Positions 1 through 13,134 of a stretch of 64,000 bases of DNA are shown here, piece by piece; positions within the stretch are counted from its first letter, which is position 1, and every line of letters starts with the position of its first letter. Both the position numbers and the translations under genes were made by a program. Origin of the DNA: Octopus vulgaris (lineage: Eukaryota). A model generated the notes under the pieces. The model was not told the origin of the DNA. It did no database searches and worked only from the letters and a program-made list of their open reading frames with translations. Location of the stretch: the NCBI GenBank assembly GCA_951406725.2, contig OX597831.1:46314001-46378000 (forward strand). Direction: 5' to 3'.

Positions 1-840
1 GCTTCGTATTTTCCAGTTGTGTTCTCTATTTATCATTTTAACTCCATCTCACAGGGGTAGGTGGTCTCCATTTTTCCATACATGATCAGCTATACCCGAT
101 TTATCAATATCTCCTCGTGTCACAGCTTTGCTATGTTTCTCTATCCCTACTTTGAAGGAGCGGCATGTTTCGCCCTTGTATAATCTACCACAGCTGCATG
201 GGATGGAGTACACGCAATCTTTGGTCATATTCTCTTCTGTTGAGTGTTTTACTCGAAGGAGATATTTGCGAAGTGTTGTATTACTCTTGAATACTGTCCT
301 GACGTCATATGGGCCACGTATCTTTTGTATCTTTTCGGAGAGGTCTTTCACATAGGGTAGACAGACTGTGAACAGTTTATTGGTTTCATTCTCTCTTTTC
401 ATAACTGGAGTGGATAATATGTTTTTGGGGTAGTTGTTGCTTAATAGATTGTTATTGAGCTTGATAATTTCTTCGTGGTGTATACGGACGTCCTGAATCC
501 ATACTTGGAAAGTTAGATGGTTTGAAAGACGAGCTAGTTTTTGTTGAAGTGTCCCTGTGTCTCCATTGAAATGTAATGTCGGCTCAGTTCTGCATTTTAG
601 AAATAAGGAATTATGTACATTATTTACATTATTTACTTTTGACGGGTATTTGTCCTCATCGTGTTTGTTGTTAACATAACGTTTCGGCTGGTTGGATTTT
701 AGGGCTTGTAAATCTAATATTTTCCTATCCTTCCTTAAAACCGATGAAGACTGGAGGGTATATCAGCCGAAACGTTACTTTAACAACATACAAGAAGTGG
801 AGAAATATCCGACATGTGTAAATAATGTAAATAATGTCAA
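1..840 (-). mobile_element. Penelope-like retroelement fragment (GIY-YIG endonuclease plus inverted pLTR pieces)
   Basis: ORF 49-402: LPYVKDLSEKI...VYSIPCSCGRLYKGETCR...H...IADH, the typical PLE GIY-YIG domain. Inverted repeat at ~615-689 / ~764-837. Confidence 0.88.
741..778 (+). ncRNA. Degenerate hammerhead ribozyme motif in PLE pLTR (also at ~19704, ~39951, ~61497)
   Basis: CCGATGA-A-GACTG...CAGCC-GAAACGTT. The core CUGAUGA is mutated to CCGAUGA and stems I/II are weakened, so it is probably inactive. Confidence 0.55.
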
Positions 841-1340
841 CAAAGATTTGTACAAAAACAAGAAATACATTTATCAAATATTAATTACGCATGATATTTA
901 TGAACGAATATTTGTGAATATACACTGTGAAATTGCTAAATTTTCGATATCAATCATATATTGGGAAGAGCTAGTGAATAAGCCATATAAGTATGTGCTT
1001 CTGTGTATGTGTGTGCTCATTGTTAATGGTTGAATCCGAAGAACATTAAGCAGTAAATAATAGAATTATGGTTAAAAATACCATTTGGAAGGATGAATTC
1101 TATTCTTGGGTCTCGAACCTACACGTGTTGCAAATACGATAGACGTTCTGCCATTGGACCAAAATAATCTTTCAAATTTCTCCATCCATTTTCGAAACTT
1201 TGTTCTTATAAGTGAGAACTGCATATTGGTGAGATTTCGTGTGAAATAATTCGTTTTTAATGGATAAAGTCGAAGTAGATAAAGTTATATGTAATAGCAT
1301 CTAAATATTGTCTTAAGAAACACTTTGGGGAGAAAAATCC

Positions 1341-1412
1341 GTATGTATGTATGTATGTATGTATGTATGTATGTGTATGTATGCATGTATGTATGTATGT
1401 ATGTATGTATGT
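1341..1412. repeat. (TATG)n microsatellite (also ~20325-20403, ~62099-62166; deleted in unit 3)
   Basis: Direct reading. Confidence 0.95.
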
Positions 1413-4400
1413 ATAATAACACTGTTTTCTGCAGCTGCACTAAATGGGTTTTATGCCTGTTCCTCTCTCCATCTGTACAAATCTGTAGGTATAGTTTCTG
1501 TTGTACCTATAACTACTGGGATACATTTTACCCGCACTTTTCACAGTCTCTGTAATCTAACAGCTAGGTCCTGGAACTTTGTTATTTTTCTATACCTCTC
1601 ATATTTATTTTTTCATAACTTGGGACTATAAAGTCAATTAATTGGTACTGTCTACTACTTCTAAATTAGGCTTTCTCTTACTATGTCAGTCTGAATGTTG
1701 GCTCTAGGTTGACATGCCCGTTCCATATATTCTTTCTGTGCCAGCATAATACATTCACTTACTATATGAGTAACACATTCCTCTTTTGATTTGCATAACC
1801 TACATTGGGAATGCACTTAATTTTTGTCTGTTTTAGTTTTTTATCCAATTAATCCTTGATACTTGATCTTGTTCTGCTTCTAACAAACTTTCTGTCTCTC
1901 GTTTCAGCCGTCCTTTCTGCAACCATAACCATGTCACACTACAACTATTTGCTACAATCATCTTTGGGAATCTACCATGCAAAGCCTTCTCCTGCCAGTC
2001 TTTTGTTTGTTTTTCTGGCTTTTAACTTTGTTTGTTTTTTTGTTTTCCCTATGTCTTGCTGTGATTGAAGTAGCTCTCTAAACATTCTTTACTATTATCT
2101 ACGTAGGAGTCTATATCTACTCTAGCTAACTCCACACAGTCTTCTACTGATATTATCCCTCTTCCACTTCCTTTCTAGCCAAGTATAATCTTGCTACTCC
2201 TGTGTTGGATGGAGTCCTCCATTCATATTGAATTCATTCCCAATTCTTCCGTCTAACTTTGCTAATGTAGTTTTTGTCCAATCTACAAAAACTGCTGAGT
2301 ATATAAGTAAAGATACTATCCACGTATTTAAAGCCTTCACTAGTTTCGGACAATTTAGTTTTGATTTCATAAACTTCCTTATCCTTCTGATGTACTCCTT
2401 CTCAATTTTCGTTTCCGTTTCTATAGTTAGTACTCTGTCAGATCTAATACTCCTAGATACTTATAACTCTCTACTTCTCTCGGTGATTTTAATGTCTGGC
2501 CATCTCGTAATTGGATGCATTAGCTTTTGACTGCATGTCCCCTTTTCATGACAAATATTGCATACTTATCTATGCCAAATTCCATCCTATATCTTTGCTG
2601 AACAGTCTTGCTGTCTGTATTAAGGAATCTCTCTTATTCATTCTTAACAGGGTTCCGACAGTTATTCGTACTACTACCACCTTTTCCATCGACCACAATT
2701 GCTTAACCTCTCAAGTTAACCTGTCATATCTATCGACATTTTTCTTCCTTATCGTATACCTTGTTGTCAGCTGTGCATGCTATATCCAGCATCGTTTGCT
2801 TTCTTTCTCAATTAACACTTTGTCTAGTTTCCTACTCTCTATCTCATGGTTTAATGCTCGTACCACGTTTTTGCTCTGTTAAGTCCATACTTGTTGCAAA
2901 GCGTCCAATGGCATGCATTGACTAGTAATATGCCACAGGTTTCACCACTTTGTCTACAAAGTCTGCACTTATCACTATCCAATGTGTTGTGTATTCTGTA
3001 TTTGATGTAATTCGTTCTTGATGCTTGCTCTTCGACGGCACCGATTAGGGATTCTGTTTCCGGTTTTAAATCACTTTTAGTCATCCATAGCCATCTTTTT
3101 CTCTCTGTCTTATCATCAACATCCCTATGAAATTGTCCATGCATTCTTTCTTTGTCCACCTATTTTCAGTTTCATTCACTCTCAAAGTGCTTGTACAGTG
3201 CTTTATCTTTGCAATCTTCCATCCTACACAAGCCTGACCTTCTTACGTCCAATAATAGTGGTTCTGTGGCATATTTTACATAGCATGCTGTGCTGTTTTC
3301 CTCTGCTCTAATGCTGTGTTCGCATCAAATCAGTCCTCTTTCCCCTCCTTTTCGCGGTACATACAGTCTGTCTGTGTTACGTTTTGGATGGAGTATCCCA
3401 TATCTAGTCAGCAACTTCCTTGTCATTCTGTTTAAGCTGTTTAATTAGTCTACTGTCCATGCAATTACCTCTGCTCCATATCTAAGTAGTGAAACTGCCC
3501 AGGTGTTGATAGCTTCAATCTTATTCCGTACGTTTAATTTTAACTTAAGGATCAGTCTCAGTCTGCGCAAGTACTCCACTTTAAATCTTTCTGTCATTTC
3601 TTTCTCCATCAATTTATCCATTTCCAAAATCCCCAGGTACTTATAGCCCGTATCTTCTATCTGCTTCATAACCTCCCCCGACAGTATCGCTAGCTCGTCC
3701 ATACATTTGATTTTGCCTCTCTTCAAGACTAACGCACCATACTTTTTCAGTCCGAACTCCATTTTGATGTCAGCACTGAAAGTATACACCGTATCAACGA
3801 ACGAACTGACTTGGGATTCATCTTTACCATAAAGTTTGAGATCATCCATGAATAATAAGTGGTTGACATTTTCTTGGCGGCTTTTGAATACATACACAGC
3901 CTTTGCTTTCCTCAGAATCAGTGTTAGTGGTATCATGTACAGTACAAAGATCAGTGGTGACAGGCAGTTCCCTTTGAAGATGTCTTTCCTGATTTCTATT
4001 GTCCCTAAACTTCTTCCATTTGCTGTCAACTTCGTCCCCCAATTCGCCTTACTTTTTCCAAGTAATCGCTCAACATTCGATGCAATACCAAGTAGGTCCA
4101 TACGTTCCATAACCCAAGAATGTGCGATCATATCATACGCCTTATGATAATCGATCCATGACATGGCCATATTGCTACCGTATTGCCTTTATCGATGTTT
4201 TTCAAGCACAGCACTGTCCTACCCATTGTCAATCACTCTGGTGTTATTTAGCCGGCATGTAACAAGATGTTGAGTTGTGCAGCTATTCGTGCATGACATT
4301 CATCAAATCTTTTGATCCAGTAGCCTTGAATTCCATCTGAACAGTCTTGCAGTCCGTTTGCTCATTTTTTGTTGATTTCCTTCATTTCCCTAATAGAAAT

Positions 4401-5040
4401 GACTAGTTCTGCCTGTTTTGGACAGACTACTGTTTGTTTAAGTTCTTGCAACCATTCAGCATCCTTCTTATGCTCCTTGTCTTTGCTCCAGATGTGTACT
4501 TCTCCAAAACATTTGGTTTTGAATGTTATCTGGTAGGATAGTGACATTTTTACCTTCATCGACTGGTTCAGGATCATGTTCATACCAGTAAGCAGGAGTG
4601 CTGATTTTGTGGTGTTTACATATTTTCCAATGTAAATTCTGTCCTACCCTATCCTGGCGATTTTGTATACGTTTGGTGTCAGCACAGGACATCCTGAGAC
4701 AAGATGGTCTATTGTTAAGTGAAATTTATCGAAGAATCTGCATTTAGGGTTAGAACCGTTTTGAAGAACGTTAGCTGGGAGCTTTTGGTAAGCAAGCTTT
4801 GATCTTGAGCCGCCAATATGAAACCTTCAGTCTGTGCTTTCAGTCCTGAACTTCTCAGCCACTGATGGGTTGTTCCTTGGTCTACATCAGTATTTCGACT
4901 TCGAAGTATATACTGTCCATGCAGAAGCTTCGGGATCTACTGCTCCTCAATTTGTTTCTGCCCGTTCTTTTTGCAGTCTGCTTGATGACAGTGCTTTTAG
5001 GTTCTTCATCTAATTCAGGGTTAATGCCAAGTTTCCTTGC
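1413..5040 (-). mobile_element. Cluster of decayed RLE-type non-LTR retrotransposon fragments (R4/Dong-like)
   Basis: RT ORF 3445-4170 (WIDYHKAYD, LSPLIF, HLLFMDDLKLY, YKYLG, KIEAINTWAV), MHGQF...ETES, CRLC zinc knuckle (2851-3159), WKICKHH..WYEHDP (4468-4692); many stops and frameshifts. Confidence 0.88.
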
Positions 5041-5051
5041 GAAATTGTTGT

Positions 5052-5200
5052 ACTCTTTCGCCACGACTTTCTCTCACTCTCTCTTCCTGTTTCTTGAGTA
5101 ACGATGCAATGGACTGGCGTCCCGTCCAGCTGGGAGGAACACATACGCAACAGAAAGCGGGAAACCGGGCCCATGAGCCTGGCTAGGTTTGAAAAGGGCG
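5052..5200 (+). mobile_element. SINE 3' portion (same family as 16503-16790); copies at ~23298-23445 and ~44570-44715
   Basis: GGACTGGCGTCCCGTCCAG...GGGAAACCGGGCCCATGAGCC is the reverse complement of the body of the SINE at 16503-16790 and resembles a Meta/V-type SINE central domain. Confidence 0.65.
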
Positions 5201-6626
5201 ACGTTTTTTTTCTTATATAAACGCAGAGTTAGTAAAAATACATCGAAAAATGCAGATGAAATCAAAATGATGTTAAAACTATTTGCAACTTTAGTACATT
5301 TTTACGAGAGATAATGCTATTCAACGATTATTACTCTGTATGCAAGCACTAAGGACGTTCTCTGTTTTCCTTGATTCCTAAACTATCAACGTTCTATGAA
5401 GAAGTAAAATAAAGATTCTATATATTACTGCCAGATGGTAAATAATTTCATCTTTAATTTCAATTAATGACTCTCTTCGTGATATATCGATTTAATAAGT
5501 TATAGGTTATATCGTGCTGAAGGTTTCGAAAACAAATGAAATAGTGCTATACTTAATCAACACGCACTAGCAATTGGAAATATATCGCAATAGATAAAAG
5601 GAAATTGAATATGAGAGTTCTGTGAGTATACTTTCTTGTAGTTCTTAATTTTCAACCCTGCCTCACATCGCGAACGAATAGTTATTTTCCTTGCATTGAC
5701 GGCTATTCCGAGAGGAAACGTGTATTTGAACACGAATATACTAAATCTTAAAGAATTCATATTTCATCACAAAATGATGAATGAAACAAACAGAAAATAC
5801 GAAAACAGGTGGGTGAATAGAAGACTACAGGAAACTTAGACAAAACGGGACGGTGTGATCCGTATATATATGCAAGAATAATTAGTAAGAAGTTTTCGGA
5901 ATAAATTAGAAGACAGCCGCTGCAGTCCGTCAAAAATAGAAATGTGATGTGTTGTCAAGCCCACAAGGCCTCCAGGAACCATAAAATGTTCTTTAGTACT
6001 GGCAATACAGTTTTTGTGTTTCGTATCGTTCTTGATATTTAAACTTCATATGCGATGTCTTGCCTTGAAACCTACCAATTAGTCTTTCACCAAGCAATTC
6101 CCGCATAACTATTTGCTAATCTGGACACTGAAGGTTTCAAGTGCCGGGAAAGATACATTAGCATATTATTTTAATGACACTGTTGACAATACGTAGAATA
6201 AACAAATTAAAGTAATATATGATATAGGTCAAAGTAATGGTAATTTTGTAGCTAATTTAAATGAAATTTGTTATGAGAGAGACATAAAAAGGAGACAGAG
6301 AGGGAGATAAAGCAGGGAGAGAGGGAAAGAGAGGGGGAAAGAGGGAGAGAAAGACAGAGAGAGAGGAGAGAGAGAGAGGGACAGAGATAGAGAGGGAAGG
6401 ATAGACAGGGAAAGAGAGGGGGAGAGATAAAAGTCAACAGATAAAAGTCGACAGATAAAAGTCGACAGAGAATATGGGAGATGGAGAAAAAAAAAAAAGC
6501 ATAAGAAAATTTTCTGTCACTGAAACATATATGAGCTCTTTTCGTAAATTGACAAAAATACACATAATCATAATAGTTGAATGTGATGTTGATATTCAGA
6601 TGACATTCCTAAATGTTAGGTAAGAA

Positions 6627-6800
6627 ATCCTTTCTACGACAAGTACAAGGCCTGAAATGTTGAAAGAGGGAACTAGTCGATTACGTCGACCACCAGTGTT
6701 TCACTGGTACTTAATTTATCGACCTCGAAAGGATAAAAGGCAAAGTTGAACTCAGCGGAATTTGAACTCAGATTGTGCAGACGTACGCAATGCCGCTAAG
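6627..6800 (-). mobile_element. tRNA-derived SINE (copies ~24841-25015, ~46121-46295)
   Basis: The minus strand has a B-box-like GAGTTCAAATTCC followed by CTTTGCCTTTTATCCTTTCGAGGTCGATAAATTAAGTACCAG, which resembles a Nin/Deu-type domain. Confidence 0.7.
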
Positions 6801-7499
6801 TATTTTAGTTTGTTAGAAGTCTAACTGAATAAGTTTAGAATAGTATTTTAACAGAAAAATCATTTGGACCAATATAGCGTTTTTTTAATGCGGAATCGTC
6901 TAGGCAATTCTGAAGAGACTAGTGAAGAAGTTCCAAAATTCGGATAAACCTTACAAACTATTTGTATATCTGTAAGGAAACACAGAAAAAAAGGAAAAGT
7001 GAAAGGTTGCTATCAATGCCTTATATGGACTTAGGAGTATTTAGATGGACTTGAAATCCAAGTTGTCTAATCTCACAAGGTTTTGACTGTGATAGTGACA
7101 TTTAAATACAGCAATGGCAGTTGAAAAAACGCAACACAGTAAGAGTAGCAATTGATTTATATGCAGCGAATGTTAAATCTTGTGCCTAGTCCCTCAAACT
7201 GCTAGAAACAGAAAACAATTTTCTCTCATATAACATCCTAATTCAATAAAGAAAAGGTGGAATGGTTGTGAAGAGAGTGTCGTTGATCAGAGATTTGTTG
7301 GATTAGGACTGACCTGAGGATAAACTATATCTGATTTATATAATATCCCGAGTAAATGTGATTTGATAGATGTTTGAGTGGATAAAGTAGTGAGATATAT
7401 AATTATTAATGTTCTTTGATCTATGGAGCTCAACACCACCACCACCAACAATAGCAAAACATGCTAAAATTGACGAGGAGAGAGAGAGAGATAGAGATA

Positions 7500-7533
<34 letters not shown>

Positions 7534-9114
7534 AAGAGAACAATATATTAAGTTATGTTAGAAAAGATGGTTCAGGAAATACAACTCCTGAAAAAAAAAA
7601 AGAAAAGAGAGACAGCATGATCACTGGTGAATTGTTTTTGATGATGGATTTGTTGGATCAGCTTCGATTACGGAGCTAAGCAAGAAGAAAATCATTAATA
7701 TTATAAGCGTATACATACCACCAGCAGTACTAGTAGACGTTTCGTTACTCTTCTCATGAGAGACCCAACACATTTCGCAAGTAAATATAATTTTAATACG
7801 TCACACATCCTGTTACAATTAAAAGTTAATTAATCTAACTATATAGGGACACCAATATCTCTCATGAAGAAAGCTAACAACAATGTTATCAATGTATATC
7901 AATTAACCGAATTAATTTGCATAACTCTCTCTGCGCTCGCGAGAGAGAGAGAGAGAGAGAGCGCGTGCGTATGTGTTGTGCATGTTTGTAATGGCGATCA
8001 CATTATCTGACAGTGGCCATGATGCGGAATGTCAGGTGAAGCATAACCCTACACTTGTAAGATTCACACGTTACGAATCTTAGTCTAACTGTACCAAGTA
8101 CGTCTGCTGCGAGACTAAAAGACAAGAATCTCTATTTAAAGGAATACTTGACATGGGAGGAATTTCATCCGGTATTCCTGGTCTGCTACCACAACAGCTC
8201 CTTTATAGGATCCAGTTAGCTCAAGACATCATCAGGAGGAACCACGTTCGGTTTCGGCCCATACTCATCTACCGTTTTGACGTGGCGCCTTCCCCTTTCG
8301 GAGGTGTCTTCATTTCTGGTGTTGGGTGCATGTCTTCGTTCTTCTGTTCCCTAGCCTCTTCGATGTTGCGTCAACGAATATCAGCGGGCGACTGGCTGTC
8401 TTGTCAAATTTCCCTTTAAATACCTTCTGCTAGCCTCCAGTAGGCAGCCCCAGCAAGTTTTCACGTGACACTGTCTCAACTTTAACTGACCAATGAAGGC
8501 GCGTGGTGGACTAAATATTGGGTAAATAATTCCTTAATCTATCCACAAACAAGTAACAAAAGCTTTTCAATAGACATGTGCACTTTCCTGCGGGAATGAA
8601 CAAAACAGTACATCCTGGCTGTTTGAGGGAAAAGAACGAAAGCTACAACAATAAAAGGAAGCTTTTAGAGAAATGTAATCCCAACAGCTGATGATGAGGG
8701 TTGCATTTAGCAGAAAAACGACCTATCTTAAGCCTGGAATGTAGCTAACTGCCAAATCGTAGGTGTTTACATGGTGTTCACATGAACGGAAGTACATTCT
8801 ACAAAGCTACTTAAAGCATGTATAAAATAGTTGAGACGATTTCTTTCGCCTCTAATTTTTTTCGCAGTCGATCTTCTTCACAATCATTCACACATTTAAA
8901 TACTCTTGTCCTTCCTTCTGTTAATCTTGAATTCCTACATCTCTCTTCCCATTTCACTCTACATCTTTCTCTTTCTATACTCACAAAAATGCTCTTCTTT
9001 TTCAAACTGGATGGCCCTCCCTCAAGCAAGCGAAAGGATTCTTCGTACCTCAGTCACGTGATATCGCCCCTGCGCGAGTTTTTCATTAAATATAGCATTT
9101 TAAATTTTACTTAC

Positions 9115-9240
9115 CCGACGGATTTTTCGTAGGTCTTCATGCAGGCCTTCCGCATCAGCCGTCTTTGATGTTTTTCAACTATAATACAACTGGGCATAAT
9201 TTTCTATGCAGCTTCGTTCAGGGTCTTTCAAGCAGCCAAG
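9115..9240 (-). other. Candidate exon (unit 1 copy, 126 nt)
   Basis: Flanked by ttgtttccAG acceptor and GG|GTAAGT donor on the minus strand; splice sites conserved in all three units. Confidence 0.4.
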
Positions 9241-9530
9241 CTGGAAACAAGTGTAGGTTTTTTAACCATAAAAATATACTGTATGACATTCTAAAATAAA
9301 AGGAAATAAGTTTTGACGATGTACCAGTTTCCATATTTTCTGCTGTTATAATTATTGCTAATATACACTCCAGATGATATTGCCATCCAGTGAAGCGATC
9401 ACGGAGTTTTCAAAGTGAGTGACAACACCTAGTAGTCATGGACGTTAAATACGAATCGATGCGGCTAGCCGTAAACTGGAAGATAACTGAGAGCGGCCAC
9501 GGTATCCGCTCAGAAAATATTTTCCTCTAC

Positions 9531-9568
9531 ACTCACTCACTCACTCACTCACTCACTCACTCTCTCTC

Positions 9569-9649
<81 letters not shown>
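9531..9649. repeat. (ACTC)n-(TC)n-(CA)n compound microsatellite
   Basis: Direct reading. Confidence 0.95.
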
Positions 9650-9650
<1 letters not shown>

Positions 9651-9652
<2 letters not shown>

Positions 9653-9819
9653 ATATTCTTTTCTTTTAAATTCCTTTTTCTTGTTTCAGTCAGTTGACTG
9701 CAGCCATGCTGGAGCACGCCTTTAGTCGAAGAAATCGACTCCAGGATTTATTTAGTGACTCGCAGTGGGACTGAACCCGGAATCGTGTGGCTGGGAAGCA
9801 AGCTTCTTACCATACAGCC
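9651..9819 (-). mobile_element. tRNA-derived SINE, internally deleted (same deletion in the unit 2 copy ~27813-27982)
   Basis: Minus-strand head GGCTGTATGGTAAGAAGCTTGCTTCCCAGCCACACGATTCCGGGTTCAGTCCCACTGCG has A/B-box-like motifs; a longer copy is in unit 3. Confidence 0.75.
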
Positions 9820-9978
9820 TTTTGATTAGGTTCATGCAGTTATGTAGTCTGAAAACGCTTTAATTTGTTTAAACATAATATTTAGATATTCAAAAAACAT
9901 TGTCTTTTATGGCGAATCCTGTTTGTAATTGCTAAAAAGCAATATAAAACACCTGTGAATGATCATAAAATGTTCAAT

Positions 9979-10122
9979 TCAAGGAGTTCTGATATTTTGT
10001 CATTCTCATAACTGGAAAAGTTTGCGAAATGAAGTCAGCAATTCATTACAAAACTGTCGACTGAAAAGTCCGTAACTAAGAGCAGAGCTGAGATGAAAAG
10101 AATAGGTTAATAACACTTGGAT
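9979..10122 (-). pseudogene. Relic of an older paralog of the GPCR (TM7, helix 8, C-tail)
   Basis: Translates IQVLLTYSFHLSSALS---YGLFSRQFCNELLTSFRKLFQL*E*QNIRTP* versus the intact IHKFLFYSSYLSSALNPYIYGVFNRQFRNELLSLFHNIFQLCKRQNIETH*. Confidence 0.85.
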
Positions 10123-11703
10123 ATGTCGTTTGGGGCTACGAAGACATTGTTTTGATTAATTGAGAAAAATATTTCTTGTATTTTCAGGAGCGTGGGAAAC
10201 CCACAAGGAAGCGGGTGCATCATTGCCAGTAAATACTAGGGACAAGGCCGCAGTTGCCACCCTTGTACCACTGAGGAATTTAACACCAAATCATCAACAG
10301 CGAACATTTGGACATCAAGAAAGAAACATTTCATTGCACGTGCAAGTAACTTAAATTACGAAGTGCCAAGAATGACGCCTTGACCTCTATCCCATCTATT
10401 TAACCTAGGCGAATTTAAGATGTAACTGGAAAATTGCGGATGTGGACAATTTAAATAGGAGACATATACTCATTGGAACTTAAGTCGGGTTTCTAAACTG
10501 CTTACTTATGTGCAACTTATACATAGCATATATACAAGATACCAGATATATTGCGAAATGTATTTTATGGACTAATACACGCTCACTACTTGTGAAAGCA
10601 TAATAAATTATACGATACTCAAGTACTTATATCTACAAAATGCGGTGTGTGCTACATGTTGCATTCAATAGTATACGTTTCAATATTTTTGTATTTTCAT
10701 ATTTCGGTACGCGTGAATATTCACGTATTATGCATTTAATCAATACTGAAAGCTAATTATCCCAACATAGCAAGGCTAACGCAAAGGAAATCAGGAAGAC
10801 AGAAATCACTAAATGAGATGATGCCCCAAATGTGTTTATCTACTAAATTTGAAGTCTCGTATATGTTCGTGTATGCACATGTATTCGCATCCAAAATTGA
10901 CGCGTTTACCAACATCCTAAAAGCAATGTTTGACATGACACCATTGAAGGCAGTGTTATTCCACAGATAAATTTTTTCTCTCCGTTGTTGAAAATTTTGT
11001 ATGCATTCAAAATTATTCAAAATTTATCATTTGGTTATAATATTTTTCTTGATAACCCTAAATTTTATCTTTATACAACATAACAATATTGTTTAAATTA
11101 ATCTCCTATCGTACCCCATGACAAAATTTCCTCTGTTTTATCATTATTGGTTTTATTAGCGTCTTGCCCTTTTAACTGGTAATTAACATCTTGTTTTGAG
11201 ATCTTACACTAGCCAACCTCATTATAGCCAGTTACTTTATACTACTTCAAAATAATCTTGACAAGTTTTATGACTATACCCACTATGTTCTGTCAACTCT
11301 TTCCTGCCTTTTCCTAATAGACACAATTCTCTAGTTTTAGATTTGATAAACAAGACTAATAAATTAAAACTGAACCAAAATCAGTGACACGCTATGACCC
11401 AAACAATTTTTTTTCCTGATGTCTTCTTACTCTATTAGAGTATTTAAGCAAAATTATATTAATGTGTCCGACTGATTAAAAAATTCTATTTATTTATTTA
11501 TGCAGCTGAGAGTAGCCCTGCATTTAAAATGATGTAATGATTGCATTGTTCAATTAAAAGGAGCCGCTTGAAACGGTCGTACTGCATCAGCTCTGGATAT
11601 CCTGTTGCTTTTTTTGATTTCATTCACTTATTTTGAGGTTGTACGGATAGTACCGCACTAATGTTTGGTGCTTCAGCTTAAGTACCTAATTCATCTGAAT
11701 CTC

Positions 11704-11706
<3 letters not shown>

Positions 11707-11788
<82 letters not shown>
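11707..11788. repeat. (TA)n microsatellite, mariner insertion site
   Basis: Direct reading. Confidence 0.95.
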
Positions 11789-11789
<1 letters not shown>

Positions 11790-13074
11790 GAGGGACGTTC
11801 AATAAGTAATGCCTCTGACCCACTTGCAGTTGTTTGATCTAGCTGCAATTTTGCATGTGCAATTAGTCTCTATAGAGTAAGTGGCAAATTACAGCTCTGA
11901 ATTAATTGTGGTTTCTGATTTACAGGTGTTTGAACCGAGTCAAGTGTGAAATGGAGCCTGTTGAGTGTCGAGCAGTGATCCGGTTTTTGTATTTGAAAGG
12001 ACGCACACCACGGGAGACTTTTGATGAAATGAAAGTAACTTATGGTGATGATGCCCCATCATATGACCTTGTAAAACGCTGGCATCGTGAATTCAAACAT
12101 GGTCGGAACTCTGTGGAAACAGCTCCCAGAGCTGGTCGCCCCCTTCTGCCATTGATGAGGCATCTGTCCGTCAAGTTGAGGCTGCCATTTTGGAAGATCG
12201 ACGCATAGTTATTCGCCAAATAGCCCATGAGGTCAAGATTAGTACCGGGTCTGTGGAAACTATCATTCATGACCATTTGCATATGCAAAAGGTGTCTGCC
12301 AGATGGATTCCCAGGTTGCTCACGCCTTTCCAGAAGCAAGAACGCGTCAAGTGCTCGAGGGTGAATTTGGAGATGTGCCAAGAAGATGAGTCAAAATTTT
12401 TCAAAAGACTGATTACACAGAATGAAACCTGGGTCCATCACGATGATCCAGAGACCAAATCCCAGTCAATGCAGTGGAAGCACCGTGACTCACCCCCTCC
12501 AAAGAAGGCAAGGGTGCAGCCCTCCGCTGGCAAGGTCATGCTCACAGTCTTCTGGGACCAGGACGGAGTAGTGATGACAGATTTCCTGGCAAAGGGTACC
12601 ACAATTGCAGGAGCCTATTATGCTTCACTTTTGAGGAAATTAAGAGAAGTTATCAAAATCAAGAGGCGGGGCAAGATCAGCAAAGGAATCCTCCTCCTGC
12701 AGGACAACGCTCCGGTCCACAACTCGCTACTCGCCAGATTAGTAGCACAGGCGTATGGCTATGAACTCCTCCCCATCCCCCCTACTTTCCTGACCTTGCA
12801 CCCTCTGATTTTCACCTCTTCCCAATCATGAAGTTGTTTTTGAAAGGAAAGCGTTTCCCAGATGATGCAGCCTTGATTTCTGAAGTGACGTTGAGGTTGG
12901 AGGACCAAGCTAGGTTCTTCTACAAAAACGGTCTCCAGAGCCGCATCAAACGATGGGAGAAATGCGTAACTCTGGGTGGTTCCTATGTAGAAAAAGACTA
13001 ATAACTGTGCCAAGTTTCGTTGCTCTACTCCTATGGGAAGTGGATCAGGGGCATTACTTATAGAACGCCCCTCG
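11789..13074 (+). mobile_element. Mariner (Tc1/mariner, DD34D-type) transposon, defective
   Basis: TIRs CGAGGGACGTTCAATAAGTAATGCCTCTGACCCACTT / AAGTGGATCAGGGGCATTACTTATAGAACGCCCCTCG with TA flanks, 1286 bp. Motifs WIPRLL, (D>N)ETW, QDNAPVH and out-of-frame HPPYFPDLAPSDF; frameshifted. Confidence 0.95.
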
Positions 13075-13081
13075 TATGTCC

Positions 13082-13134
<53 letters not shown>

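Noticed and set aside
692-1033. 113-aa ORF conserved in four copies
   Set aside because: TTG start, overlaps Penelope pLTR and AT-rich flank, no recognisable domain; conservation reflects unit identity.
10175-10354. Plus-strand exon-like segment after ttttcAG
   Set aside because: The putative donor is not conserved in unit 3, and there are no partner exons or recognisable protein.
11949-13001. Active or domesticated (SETMAR-like) transposase
   Set aside because: Frameshifts and a first catalytic Asp changed to Asn in both copies; no SET domain.
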